Source of the DNA: Methanobacteriota archaeon
GTDB lineage: Archaea; Thermoplasmatota; E2; JACPAO01; JAHWKR01
Direction: 5' to 3'
Length of the DNA: 64,000 bases
Assembly (NCBI GenBank): GCA_019347805.1
Contig: JAHWKR010000012.1
Coordinates: forward strand, 4,473 to 68,472
Position 1 is the first letter of the stretch. Each line of letters begins with the position of its first letter. A model generated the notes under the pieces. That model searched no databases and was not told the DNA's origin. It saw only the letters and a program-made list of their open reading frames with translations. Made by a program: the position numbers and the translations under genes. This document shows, piece by piece, positions 17,388-27,990 of the stretch.

Positions 17388-18620
17388 ATGGCGAAGCTCC
17401 CGAAGCAACCGGAAGTCAACATCGGCCTTGTCGGCCACGTCGACCACGGGAAGACGACGCTCACGAAGGCGCTCTCCGGCAAGTGGACGGACGAGCACTC
17501 GGAGGAGGTCAAGCGCGGCATCTCCATCAAGCTCGGCTACGCCGACACCGCGTTCTACAAGCGACCGGACACCCCGGAACCGGAGTGCTTCACGACGGAG
17601 CCGAAGACGGGGAAGGCGAAGAACGAGTTCCTGCGCGCGGTGAGCTTCGTCGACTCGCCCGGCCACGAGACCCTCATGGCCATCATGCTCTCCGGGGCCG
17701 CCATCATGGACGGCGCCCTGCTCCTTGTCGCCGCGAACGAGAAGTGTCCACAACCGCAGACCAAGGAGCACCTCATGGCGCTCGACACGGTGGGGGCCAA
17801 GAACATCGTCATCGTCCAGAACAAGGTCGACCTCGTGTCGCCCGAGCGGGCGCGCGAGAACCATGACGAAGTGGTCCGCTTCACGGAGGGGACGGTCGCC
17901 GAAGGCGCGCCCATCATCCCCATCAGCGCCCATCACACGGTCAACATCGACACGCTCATCGCGGCCATCGAGGACACGATCGCGACACCCGAGCGCGACC
18001 CGAAGAAGGACCCGGTCATGTACACGGCGCGCTCCTTCGACATCAACAAGCCGGGTGCCACCCCGAGCGAGATCGAGGGCGGTATCGTGGGCGGTTCGCT
18101 CATCCAGGGCGAGTTCCAGGTCGGCGACGAGATCGAGATCGCCCCCGGCCGGATGATCGAGGAGAAGGGCAAGGCGAAGATCGACCCCATCGTCACCACC
18201 ATCCGCAGCCTCTATTGCGGTTCGCTCCCCGTGAAGAAGGCGGGGCCTGGTGGACTGGTCGCGATCGGTACCGGATTGGACCCGGCGCTCACCAAGACGG
18301 ACAACCTCACGGGCCGGGTCGTCGGCAAGCCCGGCAAGCTTCCCCCCACCTGGGAGGACTTCACGCTCGACCTCAACCTGCTTGACAAGGTGGTCGGGGT
18401 CGGTGGTGATGTCGTCGTCGAACCCGTGAAGACCCGTGAGCCGCTCATGCTCACCGTCGCCACCGCCACCACGGTCGGTATCGTCACCTCGGCGCGCGAA
18501 CAGGTGGCCGAGATGAACCTCAAGCTGCCGGTGGTCGCGAAGCCCGGACAACGGGTCGCGATCTCGCGGCGTGTCGGTGGTCGCTGGCGCCTCATCGGCA
18601 ACGGCACCATCAAGGGGTGA
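17388..18620 (+). CDS. eif2g: Translation initiation factor 2 subunit gamma
   Basis: [41 protein letters not shown]. Confidence 0.97.
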   Translation: MAKLPKQPEVNIGLVGHVDHGKTTLTKALSGKWTDEHSEEVKRGISIKLGYADTAFYKRPDTPEPECFTTEPKTGKAKNEFLRAVSFVDSPGHETLMAIMLSGAAIMDGALLLVAANEKCPQPQTKEHLMALDTVGAKNIVIVQNKVDLVSPERARENHDEVVRFTEGTVAEGAPIIPISAHHTVNIDTLIAAIEDTIATPERDPKKDPVMYTARSFDINKPGATPSEIEGGIVGGSLIQGEFQVGDEIEIAPGRMIEEKGKAKIDPIVTTIRSLYCGSLPVKKAGPGGLVAIGTGLDPALTKTDNLTGRVVGKPGKLPPTWEDFTLDLNLLDKVVGVGGDVVVEPVKTREPLMLTVATATTVGIVTSAREQVAEMNLKLPVVAKPGQRVAISRRVGGRWRLIGNGTIKG

Positions 18621-19030
18621 TGCGCGTGCCGCCGCCCGATGTCGTCATCCTCGACACGAGCGTCGTCTTGTTGCCGTTCGAAAAAGGGCTCGACGTCCAG
18701 AAGGAGACCGAGCGACTGCTCCCGGGCGCCCGCTTGGTCGTCCCGTCCCCCGTCGTGAACGAGCTCGCGCATCTGGCCGCAGAAGGCAAGGGCGCCTCGC
18801 GCCGCAACGCCAAGGCCGCGCTCGCCTATGTCGTCCGTTTCGACGAATACAAGATCGGGGGCAAAGGCGACGACGCGGTCATCCAGGCGTGCCGGCGCCT
18901 CGAGCAGGAAGGCTTCCGGGTCGCGCTCGCCACCGCCGACCAGGCGATGCGCTTCCGCGCCCGCGGCAAGGGCTGGCCGGTCCTGACCATCCGGGGGCAC
19001 CGCGCGTTCCTGGACGGATACGCGGAATAA
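18617..19030 (+). CDS. PIN-domain protein (Fcf1/Utp24-like)
   Basis: VILDTS...VVNEL...GDDAV...ATADQAMR; usual position after aIF2-gamma. Confidence 0.85.
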   Translation: MMRVPPPDVVILDTSVVLLPFEKGLDVQKETERLLPGARLVVPSPVVNELAHLAAEGKGASRRNAKAALAYVVRFDEYKIGGKGDDAVIQACRRLEQEGFRVALATADQAMRFRARGKGWPVLTIRGHRAFLDGYAE

Positions 19031-19039
19031 TCGGGCCGC

Positions 19040-20137
19040 TCAAGGCTCCGGCAGCACCGCGAACACCCGGCCCACGACGTCACCGGTATGGTTCTCGACA
19101 TTGGGGATGCGATGCTTCTCGAGCCGTACCGCTTCATCCACGGAAAGGAGCCCTGCGGACAGGAGCGCTTCGAGCGCGGCAGGGACGACGGCGCGGAAGT
19201 TGCCGTCGGCGGCCTTGAACGCGAACCCGGTGCCGGTGGCGACGTCGGCGCCGCACCAGAGTCCTTCGGCGCCCGCTTTGGCGATGAGCCGGCCACCGGT
19301 CACCTCGGTGAGGTCGGTGTCAGGTCGTTCTTCGCCGCCGATCATGAACGGTCGGGTCATCATGCAGTCGCGGGCACGTCCGAGGGCGGAGACGATGTGG
19401 GCATGTTCGTCCGGATGCACGGAGCCCGCGGCGTCGGTCTCGGTGAACCTTTGCGGGTCGGCAAGCAGCCAGAACAGGCGCGCCATCGCCCAGAGCGGCA
19501 TCCCGATGGTCGGCACGCCGCAGCCGTCGACGCCGATGGCAAGGTTCTCTTCGGGGATGCCGGAGAGCATGGCGGTGAGGACGATGATGCGGCGCTGCAC
19601 AGGGTGGTCGGGCAAGAGGTAGCCGTCGGGGTCGTGTCCGTGGGCGAGGGCCCAGGCGACCATGGCGGCGTGCTTGCCGGAGCAGTTGTTGTGCAGGACG
19701 GTGTGCGCACCAGCGAGCCTTTTCCGGGTCTCTTTGTGGAACGGCGGGTGGCGGCCGCATTGCAGCATCGGCTCGGTGACGCCGGTCTTCGCCATGAGGG
19801 AACGGACCGCTTCGACGTGGGTGTCTTGCCCGGAGTGGGAGCCGATGGCGATGGCCACCTCGTCGTCGGTGAGTCCTTTCTCGGCGGCGACCTTGTCGAT
19901 AAGAAGCGGCAGCACCTGGATGGGTTTGAGCGAGCTGCGCAGATAGGTGACGAACGACGGGTCGCCCCATGAAGCGGAAAGGTGTCCTGCGTCAGGGCCG
20001 TCGTCGCCGACCCAGAGCATGCCGTGCACTTCGTGCCGCGATTCGACGAGGGGGCCACGGGTCACTTCGACCCATATGGTGGCGGTCTCGCGGTCCGACC
20101 CGGGGAGGACCAGTCCTTGGGTGCGCGGGAGGCTCAC
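19040..20137 (-). CDS. Asparaginase II (Rhizobium AnsA type)
   Basis: VTRGPLVESRH, RSSLKPIQ, SHSG, NNCSGKH, GVDGCG, AKAGAEG. Start uncertain. Confidence 0.85.
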   Translation of the reverse strand: MSLPRTQGLVLPGSDRETATIWVEVTRGPLVESRHEVHGMLWVGDDGPDAGHLSASWGDPSFVTYLRSSLKPIQVLPLLIDKVAAEKGLTDDEVAIAIGSHSGQDTHVEAVRSLMAKTGVTEPMLQCGRHPPFHKETRKRLAGAHTVLHNNCSGKHAAMVAWALAHGHDPDGYLLPDHPVQRRIIVLTAMLSGIPEENLAIGVDGCGVPTIGMPLWAMARLFWLLADPQRFTETDAAGSVHPDEHAHIVSALGRARDCMMTRPFMIGGEERPDTDLTEVTGGRLIAKAGAEGLWCGADVATGTGFAFKAADGNFRAVVPAALEALLSAGLLSVDEAVRLEKHRIPNVENHTGDVVGRVFAVLPEP

Positions 20138-20289
20138 GGTGAGGGACACGGGTGGGAGAGAGGGGGAGCGTATCAAGTCTTTTCGGCGGGACAAGGCTGA
20201 CAAGGGATACCGGGGCAGACAGGAGGACCGCGGAAGGCTGCTGCCCTGACCGCTCATTATTTGTCTTCGCGCCTGGACCCCTTCTCCAG

Positions 20290-20547
20290 ATGTCGAAGGT
20301 CCAGATCTACGTCACCCGCTCTTGTTCCTATTGCGTGCGCGCCAAGTCGCTCTTGAAAGACAAGGGCGTCGAATTGGAGGAGATCGATGTCACGCAGGAC
20401 ATGGAGCGCCGGGCGGAGATGGTCGAGCGCGCCGGCGGCCGGATGACGGTGCCCCAGATCTTCATCGGCGACCGCCATGTCGGTGGATATGACGACCTCG
20501 CCGACCTGGAACGGAAGGGCGAGCTGGACCCGCTCCTCGCGGTATAG
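20290..20547 (+). CDS. grxC: Glutaredoxin 3
   Basis: CSYC active site, TVPQIFIG..GGYDD. Confidence 0.92.
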   Translation: MSKVQIYVTRSCSYCVRAKSLLKDKGVELEEIDVTQDMERRAEMVERAGGRMTVPQIFIGDRHVGGYDDLADLERKGELDPLLAV

Positions 20548-20594
20548 TCCCCTCGGGTGCGCAACTTTTTCCCGTCACCACCGTTCCGCCGCCC

Positions 20595-21962
20595 ATGCGC
20601 ACCGTCCTTGCGATCGGTGGCCTGGACCCGACCGGCGGCGCCGGGATCACCGCCGACGCCCTCCATCTGGCCGACCTCGGGATCCATTGTCTCCCGGTCG
20701 CGACCGCCAGTACGGTCCAGACGCTCGATGCGTTCACCGGCATGGAGGCGGTCGGTGCGCCGACCTTCGGCGCGGCCATCGAGGCGGCGTTCACCACAGG
20801 TCCGCCGCGTGTCGTGAAGACGGGCCTCTTCGCCGGCCCGGAGCAGGTCGGCATCGTGGCGCGCGCCTTGGAGCAGTTGCGCGCGGCGGGACATGGATTC
20901 CATCTCGTCGTCGACCCGGTGGGGACACCGAGCGCTGCCGGGCCGAACGCGGAGGACCCCCGCGATGCGGTGGTCGCCGCCATCGCCGAGCACCTGGTGC
21001 CGTACGCGACCTGCATCACGCCGAACCTGGACGAGCTCTCCACGCTCACCGGCGAAGAGGTCGCGACAGTGGAAGAGGCCGAAGCGGCGGCGCGCACGCT
21101 TCTCGAAAGAGGATGCAGGTCGGTCCTCGTGACCGGGGTCCCCGACGGGGACGGGCGCGTCCTGGACCTCTTCCTCAGCGACGGGACCGAGGTGCGTCAT
21201 CCACATCCGCGCGATGCGCTCGAGGTGCACGGAACCGGCTGCGCCCTGACGTCGCGCCTCGCCGCATATCTTGCGCTCGATGTCGACGTGTCCCGCGCCG
21301 TGACCCTCGCCGTGGGCGACCTGGAACGCTTGCGCCGTACCGCCGTCCCGGTCCGTGGCCACCGGTTGTCGGCGTTGCATGCGTTCCCGCTCGCCTCGGA
21401 CGGCGACGCACCGGAGCCGGCGCGTCACCTCGAAGCGATCCTCCCTGACCTGGTCGCCACCCTCCCGTCGGGTTGGGTGGCGGAGTGCGGCGCGAACGTC
21501 GCCTACGCCCCGCGCGGTGCGGAACGCGAATCGGAGGTGGCGGCGCTCGTCGGTCGCATCCGCATCATGGACGGCCGCGTGCACGCGCCCATGGCCGCAC
21601 GTCTAGGTGCGTCGGGTCATGTCGCCCGCGTCGCCCTCGCCGCGGCGACCGCCACGCGTCGCTCGGCGTGCGCGCTCAACCTGCGCCACCTGCCCGAGGT
21701 CTTCCGGGCCGCGGAACAAGCAGGGCTGAAGGTCGGATCGTTCTTGCGCGGTGACGAGCCGGAGGAGGCGCGTTCGAGCGTCGAATGGGGCACGCGCACC
21801 GTCATGGACCATGCGCCGGTCGACCTCGTCGCGGACGACGGCGGCCCTGGCAAGGAGCCGATGGTGCGTCTCATCGCCGAAGACCCGAGGGCGCTCCTGG
21901 ACAGACTCGACCGGCTCGTCCGTGCGGCGGCGCGGACCGAGACGCTCACGATCGATGCGTGA
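20595..21962 (+). CDS. thiDN: Bifunctional HMP/HMP-P kinase + ThiN thiamine-phosphate synthase
   Basis: GLDPTGGAGITAD, VKTG, ITPNLDE, HGTGC; C-terminal ANVAYA..VGRI..GASGHVAR..GKEPMVRL. Confidence 0.9.
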   Translation: MRTVLAIGGLDPTGGAGITADALHLADLGIHCLPVATASTVQTLDAFTGMEAVGAPTFGAAIEAAFTTGPPRVVKTGLFAGPEQVGIVARALEQLRAAGHGFHLVVDPVGTPSAAGPNAEDPRDAVVAAIAEHLVPYATCITPNLDELSTLTGEEVATVEEAEAAARTLLERGCRSVLVTGVPDGDGRVLDLFLSDGTEVRHPHPRDALEVHGTGCALTSRLAAYLALDVDVSRAVTLAVGDLERLRRTAVPVRGHRLSALHAFPLASDGDAPEPARHLEAILPDLVATLPSGWVAECGANVAYAPRGAERESEVAALVGRIRIMDGRVHAPMAARLGASGHVARVALAAATATRRSACALNLRHLPEVFRAAEQAGLKVGSFLRGDEPEEARSSVEWGTRTVMDHAPVDLVADDGGPGKEPMVRLIAEDPRALLDRLDRLVRAAARTETLTIDA

Positions 21963-21964
21963 GA

Positions 21965-22075
21965 TCAAGTGAGGAGGAAGAGGAGCACGACGACCAGGAG
22001 GACCATCGAGAGGACGACGAGTTCGTGCTCAGCGATGCGGACCCACTGGTCTCGGCGGGCGTCACGTGGCGACAT
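21965..22075 (-). CDS. 36-aa single-TM microprotein (absent from the ORF track)
   Basis: MSPRDARRDQWVRIAEHELVVLSMVLLVVVLLFLLT*, with GGAG upstream; fills the thiDN-ilvE gap; host-like codons. Confidence 0.55.
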   Translation of the reverse strand: MSPRDARRDQWVRIAEHELVVLSMVLLVVVLLFLLT

Positions 22076-22137
22076 GCCGCTCTCCACATCCCGTTCCGCG
22101 TTCCTCGGATTTGGCTTTTTTGTCCCCCGGTGACCGC

Positions 22138-23106
22138 TCAGGCGGCCTCTTCCACCGTCTTGGTGCGCGGCGCGACACGGGTCAGCCAGGAGGCGTATTC
22201 GGGGCGGCGTCCGCGCACGGCGTCGAGGTAGACGGTCTGGATCTCTCGGGTGACCGGTCCCGGCTCTCCGCTCCCGATGGTGCGGTATTCCACTTCGCGG
22301 ATCGGGGTGACCTCGGCGGCGGTGCCGGTGAAGAACGCCTCGTCGGCACCGAACACGTCGCCCATCACAAGCGTCTTCTCGCGCACTTCGTAGCCGAGGT
22401 CGCGTGCGATGGTCATGACCGAGTCGCGGGTGATGCCTTCAAGGATGCTGGAGCCGGTGTGCGGTGTCAATATGACGTTGTCCTTGATGATGAAGATGTT
22501 CTCCCCGGAGCCTTCCGACACGTTGCCGTTGTGGTCCAAAAAGAGCGCTTCGTGGAAGCCGTTCTTCTTGACGCTCATCGTGCCGAGGATACTGGAAAGG
22601 TATTGTCCGCACGCCTTGGCGGAGACCGGAAGCGCGTCCGGCGGGATGCGGCGCCACGGCGAGAGCGCGACGCGGACGCCTTTTTCCAGCGCTTCGTCAC
22701 CCAGATAGGAACCCCACTCCCAGGCACCCACGGCGACCTCGATGGGCAGCCCCGACGGGTGCACGCCGAGGCGGCCATAGCCGTAGTAGGCGATGGGACG
22801 GATGTAGGCCGAGGCGAGGCCGTTCTCGCGCACGACCGCCTTGCACGCCTCGCTGAGCTCTTCCCGCGTGTGCGGGTATTCCATACCGTAGACCTTGCCG
22901 GAGAGCAGGAAGCGTTCCATGTGGTCGTCGAGCCGGAAGATGGCGGGGCCGTCCTCTGTGGCGTAGGCGCGGATGCCCTCGAAGACGCCGGAGCCGTAAT
23001 GGAGCGCGTGGGTGAGCACATGCACCTTGGCGTCGGCCCACGGGATGATCTTGCCGTTCATCCACATCTTGGCGTTGGCGAGGTCATCGCCGGTGGGAAA
23101 GCCCAT
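22138..23106 (-). CDS. ilvE: Branched-chain amino acid aminotransferase
   Basis: HALHYGSGVFEGIR, AKACGQY, EGSGENIF, ILEGITR, GTAAEVTP. Confidence 0.95.
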   Translation of the reverse strand: MGFPTGDDLANAKMWMNGKIIPWADAKVHVLTHALHYGSGVFEGIRAYATEDGPAIFRLDDHMERFLLSGKVYGMEYPHTREELSEACKAVVRENGLASAYIRPIAYYGYGRLGVHPSGLPIEVAVGAWEWGSYLGDEALEKGVRVALSPWRRIPPDALPVSAKACGQYLSSILGTMSVKKNGFHEALFLDHNGNVSEGSGENIFIIKDNVILTPHTGSSILEGITRDSVMTIARDLGYEVREKTLVMGDVFGADEAFFTGTAAEVTPIREVEYRTIGSGEPGPVTREIQTVYLDAVRGRRPEYASWLTRVAPRTKTVEEAA

Positions 23107-23355
23107 CAGATACGACTCAGACGGGGTGGGGATTTGAGGATGTCGACCCAGGGGGGACAGGTGGAGGCGGGAAGCCCCGGGAAAACGACAAAAGCCGGGA
23201 AAGGGGCGACCGACCGTTCTCCCCTTCCATGCCACCACGACCCGTTTGGCCCCGCAAGCCTGAAATGGGACGGGCCGGCATCGGCGCCCGTGGCGAACAC
23301 CCCTGCGGCGCGTCCCGACACCCCGCCCATCAAGCCGCGGCGCCCGGGCCTGCAT

Positions 23356-25101
23356 GTGCCCCGCCCCGTCCTCGAGGGGCCGAGACAGGTGCACCTGCCG
23401 CCCGCCGTGGTCGTCGAGGTGCTCGATGCGCTCGATTCGGGTCTCCTCGTCGACAAGGAGTCGTTGCACCGGTTCAAGATCCGGCTCGCCCGTCAGCACC
23501 GCCTTTCCAAGGTGCCGAGCGATGCCGACCTGCTCGCCGCCCTCCCTGAGGACGCGCGCCTGCGCCATCGTGATCTCCTGCGCAAGAAGGCGACCCGGAC
23601 GCTCTCGGGTGTCGCCATCGTCACCATCCAGTCGAGCCCCGAGTCGTGTCCCCACGGCACCTGCGTCTTCTGCCCCGGCGGCCCCGATGTCGGGAGCGCC
23701 CAATCCTATACGGGGGAGGAACCGGCCGCCCTGCGCGCCCGCGCCCACGCGTTCGATCCTTATGCACAGACGGCGTCACGGCTCGATGCGCTCAAGGCGA
23801 CCGGACACGACATCGACAAGGTCGACCTCATCATCCAGGGCGGCACGTTCACGGCGCGCGACCTCGATTACCAGGAATGGTTCGTCAAACGCGCCATGGA
23901 CGCCATGAACGACGCAGCGCTCGGCTGGGACCCGACCATCGGCGCACGCCCCGGACCGCTCACCCTCGACGAGACGAAACAGCGCAACGAGACCGCGCCC
24001 GCACGGTGCATCGGCCTCACCGTCGAGACGAAACCCGATTGGTGGAAAGAGGAGCACATCGACATCGCGCTCAATTATGGCGCGACGCGCGTCGAGCTCG
24101 GCATCCAGACCGTCGACGACGAGATCCTGCGGCGCACCAACCGCGGCCACGACACGCAGGAATCGAAGGACAGCACCCGCCGCGCCAAGGACGCCGGCTT
24201 CAAGGTGTGCCACCACCTCATGCCGGGCCTACCCGGTTCCGACCCGGAGAAGGACGTCGCCTCGGGCCACGCGCTGTTTTCCGACCCCGAATACCGGCCG
24301 GACATGCTCAAGGTCTACCCGACGCTTGTGATGCCGGGGACGCCGCTTGCCGTCATGCACGACGCGGGGCGCTACCAAGCACTCGGGACCGACGAGGCGG
24401 CGCGTGTCATCGCCCGCATCAAGATGGCGCTCCCGCCCTATGTGCGCGTGCAACGGGTCGACCGCGACATCCCCACCACGCTCATCCAGGGTGGTGTGGA
24501 CAAGTCGAACGTGCGTCAACTGGCCCACAAGGTGCTCGAAGAGATGGGGGAGCATTGTCGTTGCGTCCGCTGTCGTGAGGTCGGCCACCTGCGACGTGAC
24601 GCGGGTCCGCACCATGCCATGGTCAAGGACGCCTACCAGGCGGGCCGGCTCGTCCTGCGCGACCTCCGCTATGAGGCCTCGGGCGGCGAGGAGCGGTTCC
24701 TCTCGGTCGAGGACGAGGCCGACGACGCCATCTTCGGCTATCTGCGCCTGCGCCGGTTGCACGCGCCGCACCGCCCCGAGCTGCGACCGGGCGATGCCAT
24801 GGTGCGCGAGGTCAAGGTCCCCGGCCAAGTGGTCCCCGTGGGGACGGAAGCGGGCCGCGCCCAGCACCGCGGCCTCGGTACCCGGCTCTGCATCGAGGCG
24901 GCGCGCATCACCCACGAGGAGTGGGGCACGGAACGGCTTTTCGTCATCGCCGGGATCGGTGTCAAACCCTACTACCGGCGCCTTGGTTTCACCGACGACG
25001 GCGTCTACCTGCGCGCCACCACCGACGGCTCACCGCACCATGGGCTCACCCCGCTCGGCCCCCTCCCCGATGTCCCCTACGAGGGCACGACCGACCTCTG
25101 A
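23356..25101 (+). CDS. elp3: tRNA uridine(34) acetyltransferase Elp3 (radical SAM + GNAT)
   Basis: RTLSGVAIV, CPHGTCVFCPGG, QSYTGEEPA, ETKPD, VELGIQT, QHRGLG, IAGIGVKPYYRRLG. Start 23356 or 23389. Confidence 0.95.
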   Translation: MPRPVLEGPRQVHLPPAVVVEVLDALDSGLLVDKESLHRFKIRLARQHRLSKVPSDADLLAALPEDARLRHRDLLRKKATRTLSGVAIVTIQSSPESCPHGTCVFCPGGPDVGSAQSYTGEEPAALRARAHAFDPYAQTASRLDALKATGHDIDKVDLIIQGGTFTARDLDYQEWFVKRAMDAMNDAALGWDPTIGARPGPLTLDETKQRNETAPARCIGLTVETKPDWWKEEHIDIALNYGATRVELGIQTVDDEILRRTNRGHDTQESKDSTRRAKDAGFKVCHHLMPGLPGSDPEKDVASGHALFSDPEYRPDMLKVYPTLVMPGTPLAVMHDAGRYQALGTDEAARVIARIKMALPPYVRVQRVDRDIPTTLIQGGVDKSNVRQLAHKVLEEMGEHCRCVRCREVGHLRRDAGPHHAMVKDAYQAGRLVLRDLRYEASGGEERFLSVEDEADDAIFGYLRLRRLHAPHRPELRPGDAMVREVKVPGQVVPVGTEAGRAQHRGLGTRLCIEAARITHEEWGTERLFVIAGIGVKPYYRRLGFTDDGVYLRATTDGSPHHGLTPLGPLPDVPYEGTTDL

Positions 25102-25163
25102 GTCCATGTTCTATGGGTTCCCCGTTCGGTCCTCTTATGGACCCCTTGCTCTTGCCGGGCGCT

Positions 25164-26579
25164 GTGCGTCGCACCAAGATCGTCGCCACGCTCGGCCCCG
25201 CGAGCTCCGACCCCGAGACCATCCGCAGGCTCATCGAGGCCGGAACGGACGGTTTCCGGCTCAACTTCAGCCATGGAACGCACGAGGAGCACGAGAAGGC
25301 GTTCCGCATGGTGCGCGCGGCAGAGAAGGAGACCGGTCGTGTCGTCGCGGTGGTGCAGGACCTCCAGGGCACGAAGATCCGCGTCGGACGTCTCCCCGAC
25401 GGCAAGGTGGAACTGAAGGCGGGGCGGGAGTTGCGCCTGGACGCGCATGGCGGGACCGGAAGCGCCGAGCGCCTCCCAGTGGACGACGAACGACTCGTCC
25501 AGCACGCCAAGGTCGACACCCAGGCGACGCTCGGTGACGGCGACGTCCTTCTGCGCATCGTCCGCCGTGAGGAAGACGCCCTTGTCGCGGTGGTCGAATC
25601 CGGCGGCACCGTGCGGCAAGGCGCGGGCATCACCGCCTCACGATTGCCGCTTCCGGGCGGGCTGACCGACAAGGACCGCAACGACCTCGCGTTCGGTGTC
25701 GGGCTCGGCGTCGACGCGGTCGCGTTGTCGTTCGTGCGCTCGGGCGACGAGGTCATCGCGGCAAGAGGCGCGCTGGAAGAACTCGGTTCCTCCGCCTTCG
25801 TCTACGCCAAAGTGGAGCGCGACGAGGCGTTGTCGGACCTCACCGCCATCGTCGAGGCGTCGGACGGCGTGCTGGTCGCGCGCGGCGACCTCGGCATCGC
25901 CCTCCCCCCCGAGAAGGTCCCCATCGCGCAGAAGGAGATCCTGAACACCTGCACCCACATCGGCAAGGTCGGCATGACGGCGACCCAGATGCTCGAATCG
26001 ATGGTGCACAACCCGCGCCCGACACGCGCCGAGGCGTCCGATGTGGCGAACGCCATCCTTGACGGCACGCAGAGTGTGCTGCTCTCCGGCGAGACCGCCA
26101 TCGGGCACGACCCGGTCGCGGTGGTCAAGATGATGGCACGCATCATCACCGAGACCGAAGAGGCGCTCGCCTCCGGCCGACTCGAGGCGCACGAGCACCG
26201 CGCCCGCATGGAAGGGAGCGTGGCGGACGCCATCGCGCTCGCTTGCGCGGTGACCGCGGAAGAGTTGGAGGCGCGCTGCATCATCGCCTTCACCCGCTCG
26301 GGCCTCACCGCCATGCGTGTCGCCAAGCATCGCCCGCACGTGCCGATCATCGGCGCATCACCGCACATCGACGTCCTGCGCCGGCTCGCCCTCGTCTGGG
26401 GCGTCACCCCACTGCTGGTCGCCGAGGCCGAATCACTCGAGGACATGACCCGGGTGGCGAACCGGTCGGCCATCGAGAAAGGACTCATCGCGAGCGGCGA
26501 CCTCGTCGTCCTCACCGGGGGTGACATCGGCGTCTCCGGTTCCACCAACCTGATGCGGGTCGTCGAGGCGCAGGATTGA
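25164..26579 (+). CDS. pyk: Pyruvate kinase
   Basis: RRTKIVATLGP, RLNFSHG, AKVE, VARGDLG, ATQMLESM..PTRAE, LSGETA; leaderless GTG inferred from TATA at about 25134. Confidence 0.95.
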   Translation: MRRTKIVATLGPASSDPETIRRLIEAGTDGFRLNFSHGTHEEHEKAFRMVRAAEKETGRVVAVVQDLQGTKIRVGRLPDGKVELKAGRELRLDAHGGTGSAERLPVDDERLVQHAKVDTQATLGDGDVLLRIVRREEDALVAVVESGGTVRQGAGITASRLPLPGGLTDKDRNDLAFGVGLGVDAVALSFVRSGDEVIAARGALEELGSSAFVYAKVERDEALSDLTAIVEASDGVLVARGDLGIALPPEKVPIAQKEILNTCTHIGKVGMTATQMLESMVHNPRPTRAEASDVANAILDGTQSVLLSGETAIGHDPVAVVKMMARIITETEEALASGRLEAHEHRARMEGSVADAIALACAVTAEELEARCIIAFTRSGLTAMRVAKHRPHVPIIGASPHIDVLRRLALVWGVTPLLVAEAESLEDMTRVANRSAIEKGLIASGDLVVLTGGDIGVSGSTNLMRVVEAQD

Positions 26580-26873
26580 CCCTGCCACAGGACGGCGGAA
26601 CACCGGGGCAAGCCGAAGAAAGGCCTGTCTTGCGACGATTCTAATCCACCACAAGAACCGGTTTATAGCGAAGGGTGCACCCAAGGGTCGTCACGCAAGT
26701 GGCACACCCGGGACCCGCCCCTCTGCGGTCCTTCACACGCGTCCACACCTCACCTCACACGCGCTACACCAGCATACCTCCGCGGCCTCGGGGGATGCGG
26801 GACCCGGGTCTTCTTCTCCACCCACACGGCCTCCGTAGGGTCCAAATAGCAGCCGGCTCTAGTCGCGTCCGGA

Positions 26874-27269
26874 ATGGGTCTCGCCGCGTTCATCGGAACC
26901 ACTTTGGGCAAGGTCGTCCTTGGTGCCGTCCTCCTCGTCGGCACGGTCGGCCTGGTCGGCGGAGGTCTCTTCCTCGGCGATTTCGGCGTCGAGGCGACCG
27001 TCATCGACAAGGAATGCCGAGCCGCCGGCGACTCGACGGTGACGGTCGAGACCAACCTCTTCGGCATCGAGACCCAGCAGCCGATCTCGTTCACGGAGTG
27101 CACCACGGTACAAGAGGGCAACTTCGTCATCTACAACATCCGCAGCGAACGTCTGCGGCTCTTCGAGAGCGAAGGCGGCTGCTTGTTGTATGATTCGGCG
27201 GGACAACCGCCGACCTGCGGGTCGTCCGGAGGCGGGGGCTATGGCGGCGGCCTCTCGCCGTTGTTCTAG
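26874..27269 (+). CDS. Membrane-anchored small beta protein with 4 Cys and Gly-rich tail
   Basis: N-terminal TM followed by beta-rich region; host-like codon usage. Confidence 0.65.
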   Translation: MGLAAFIGTTLGKVVLGAVLLVGTVGLVGGGLFLGDFGVEATVIDKECRAAGDSTVTVETNLFGIETQQPISFTECTTVQEGNFVIYNIRSERLRLFESEGGCLLYDSAGQPPTCGSSGGGGYGGGLSPLF

Positions 27270-27458
27270 ACGTGCACCGACGTCTCCCACCTGCGTCGCC
27301 GACCCGCCGGACCGGCCGCAAGCCCCCGGACGCCCCTCACCAACCGCACTGAACCTTTAAGTACCCCATCCGGGCTGAGCGCGCCTTGCCCTCCATCCCC
27401 GGCGCCCATCGGCGCGTATCGCCCTCCGTTCGGAGCGGGGTGGGAGCAGGTGAACCAA

Positions 27459-27938
27459 ATGGCAGAGACCATCGAAGTACTCGTTGACGGCGGCAAGGCA
27501 TCGGCCGGACCGCCCCTTGGCCCCGCGCTCGGACCGACCGGCATCAACATCATGTCCGTCGTCACCGAGATCAACCAGAAGACGAAGGATTTCGCCGGGA
27601 TGAAGGTCCCGGTGAAGGTCATCATCGATCCGAAGACGAAGAGCTTCGAGATCACGGTCGGCACCCCGCCCGCCTCCGCGCTCCTCAAGGACATCGCGAA
27701 GGTGCAGAAGGGCTCCGGCAGCTCGCTTCTCGAGAAGGTCGCGGACCTCAAGATCGAGGACATCGCCAAAGTCGCCCGAATGAAGGGCGGCGACCTCGCG
27801 GGCAAAGGTGTCCGCCAGCGCGTCAAGGAGGTCGCGGGGACCTGTGTCTCGATGGGCATCACCATCGAGGGAAAGGACCCGCGTGACGTCCAGAAAGAGG
27901 TCGACTCGGGCCTCTACGACGACCGCATCAAGGAATAG
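27459..27938 (+). CDS. rpl11: 50S ribosomal protein L11
   Basis: [45 protein letters not shown]; TATA CTTTAAG at about 27355. Confidence 0.97.
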   Translation: MAETIEVLVDGGKASAGPPLGPALGPTGINIMSVVTEINQKTKDFAGMKVPVKVIIDPKTKSFEITVGTPPASALLKDIAKVQKGSGSSLLEKVADLKIEDIAKVARMKGGDLAGKGVRQRVKEVAGTCVSMGITIEGKDPRDVQKEVDSGLYDDRIKE

Positions 27939-27980
27939 TCCCTTTCAATCGTTCTCCTTCTTCTTCTTCATCCCTTGTCC
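27939..27980 (+). terminator. Pyrimidine-rich tract after rpl11 (archaeal-type terminator candidate)
   Basis: tcctttcaatcgttctccttcttcttcttcatcccttg immediately after the stop. Confidence 0.4.
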
Positions 27981-27990
27981 CAGGTGCAAC

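Noticed and set aside
20143-20166. Another four-G-run motif
   Set aside because: No complementary arm; expected by chance at this GC content.
20548-20594. TPP riboswitch upstream of thiDN
   Set aside because: Gap is under 50 nt with no CUGAGA/AACCUGA core.
22066-23355. Apparent 430-aa N-terminal extension of Elp3
   Set aside because: Overlaps ilvE in antisense; the Elp3-like sequence starts only near 23356-23389.
26580-26873. Possible ncRNA in the ~290-bp gap after pyk
   Set aside because: Contains a TATA box for the downstream gene but no tRNA, SRP, C/D or H/ACA hallmarks I could support.
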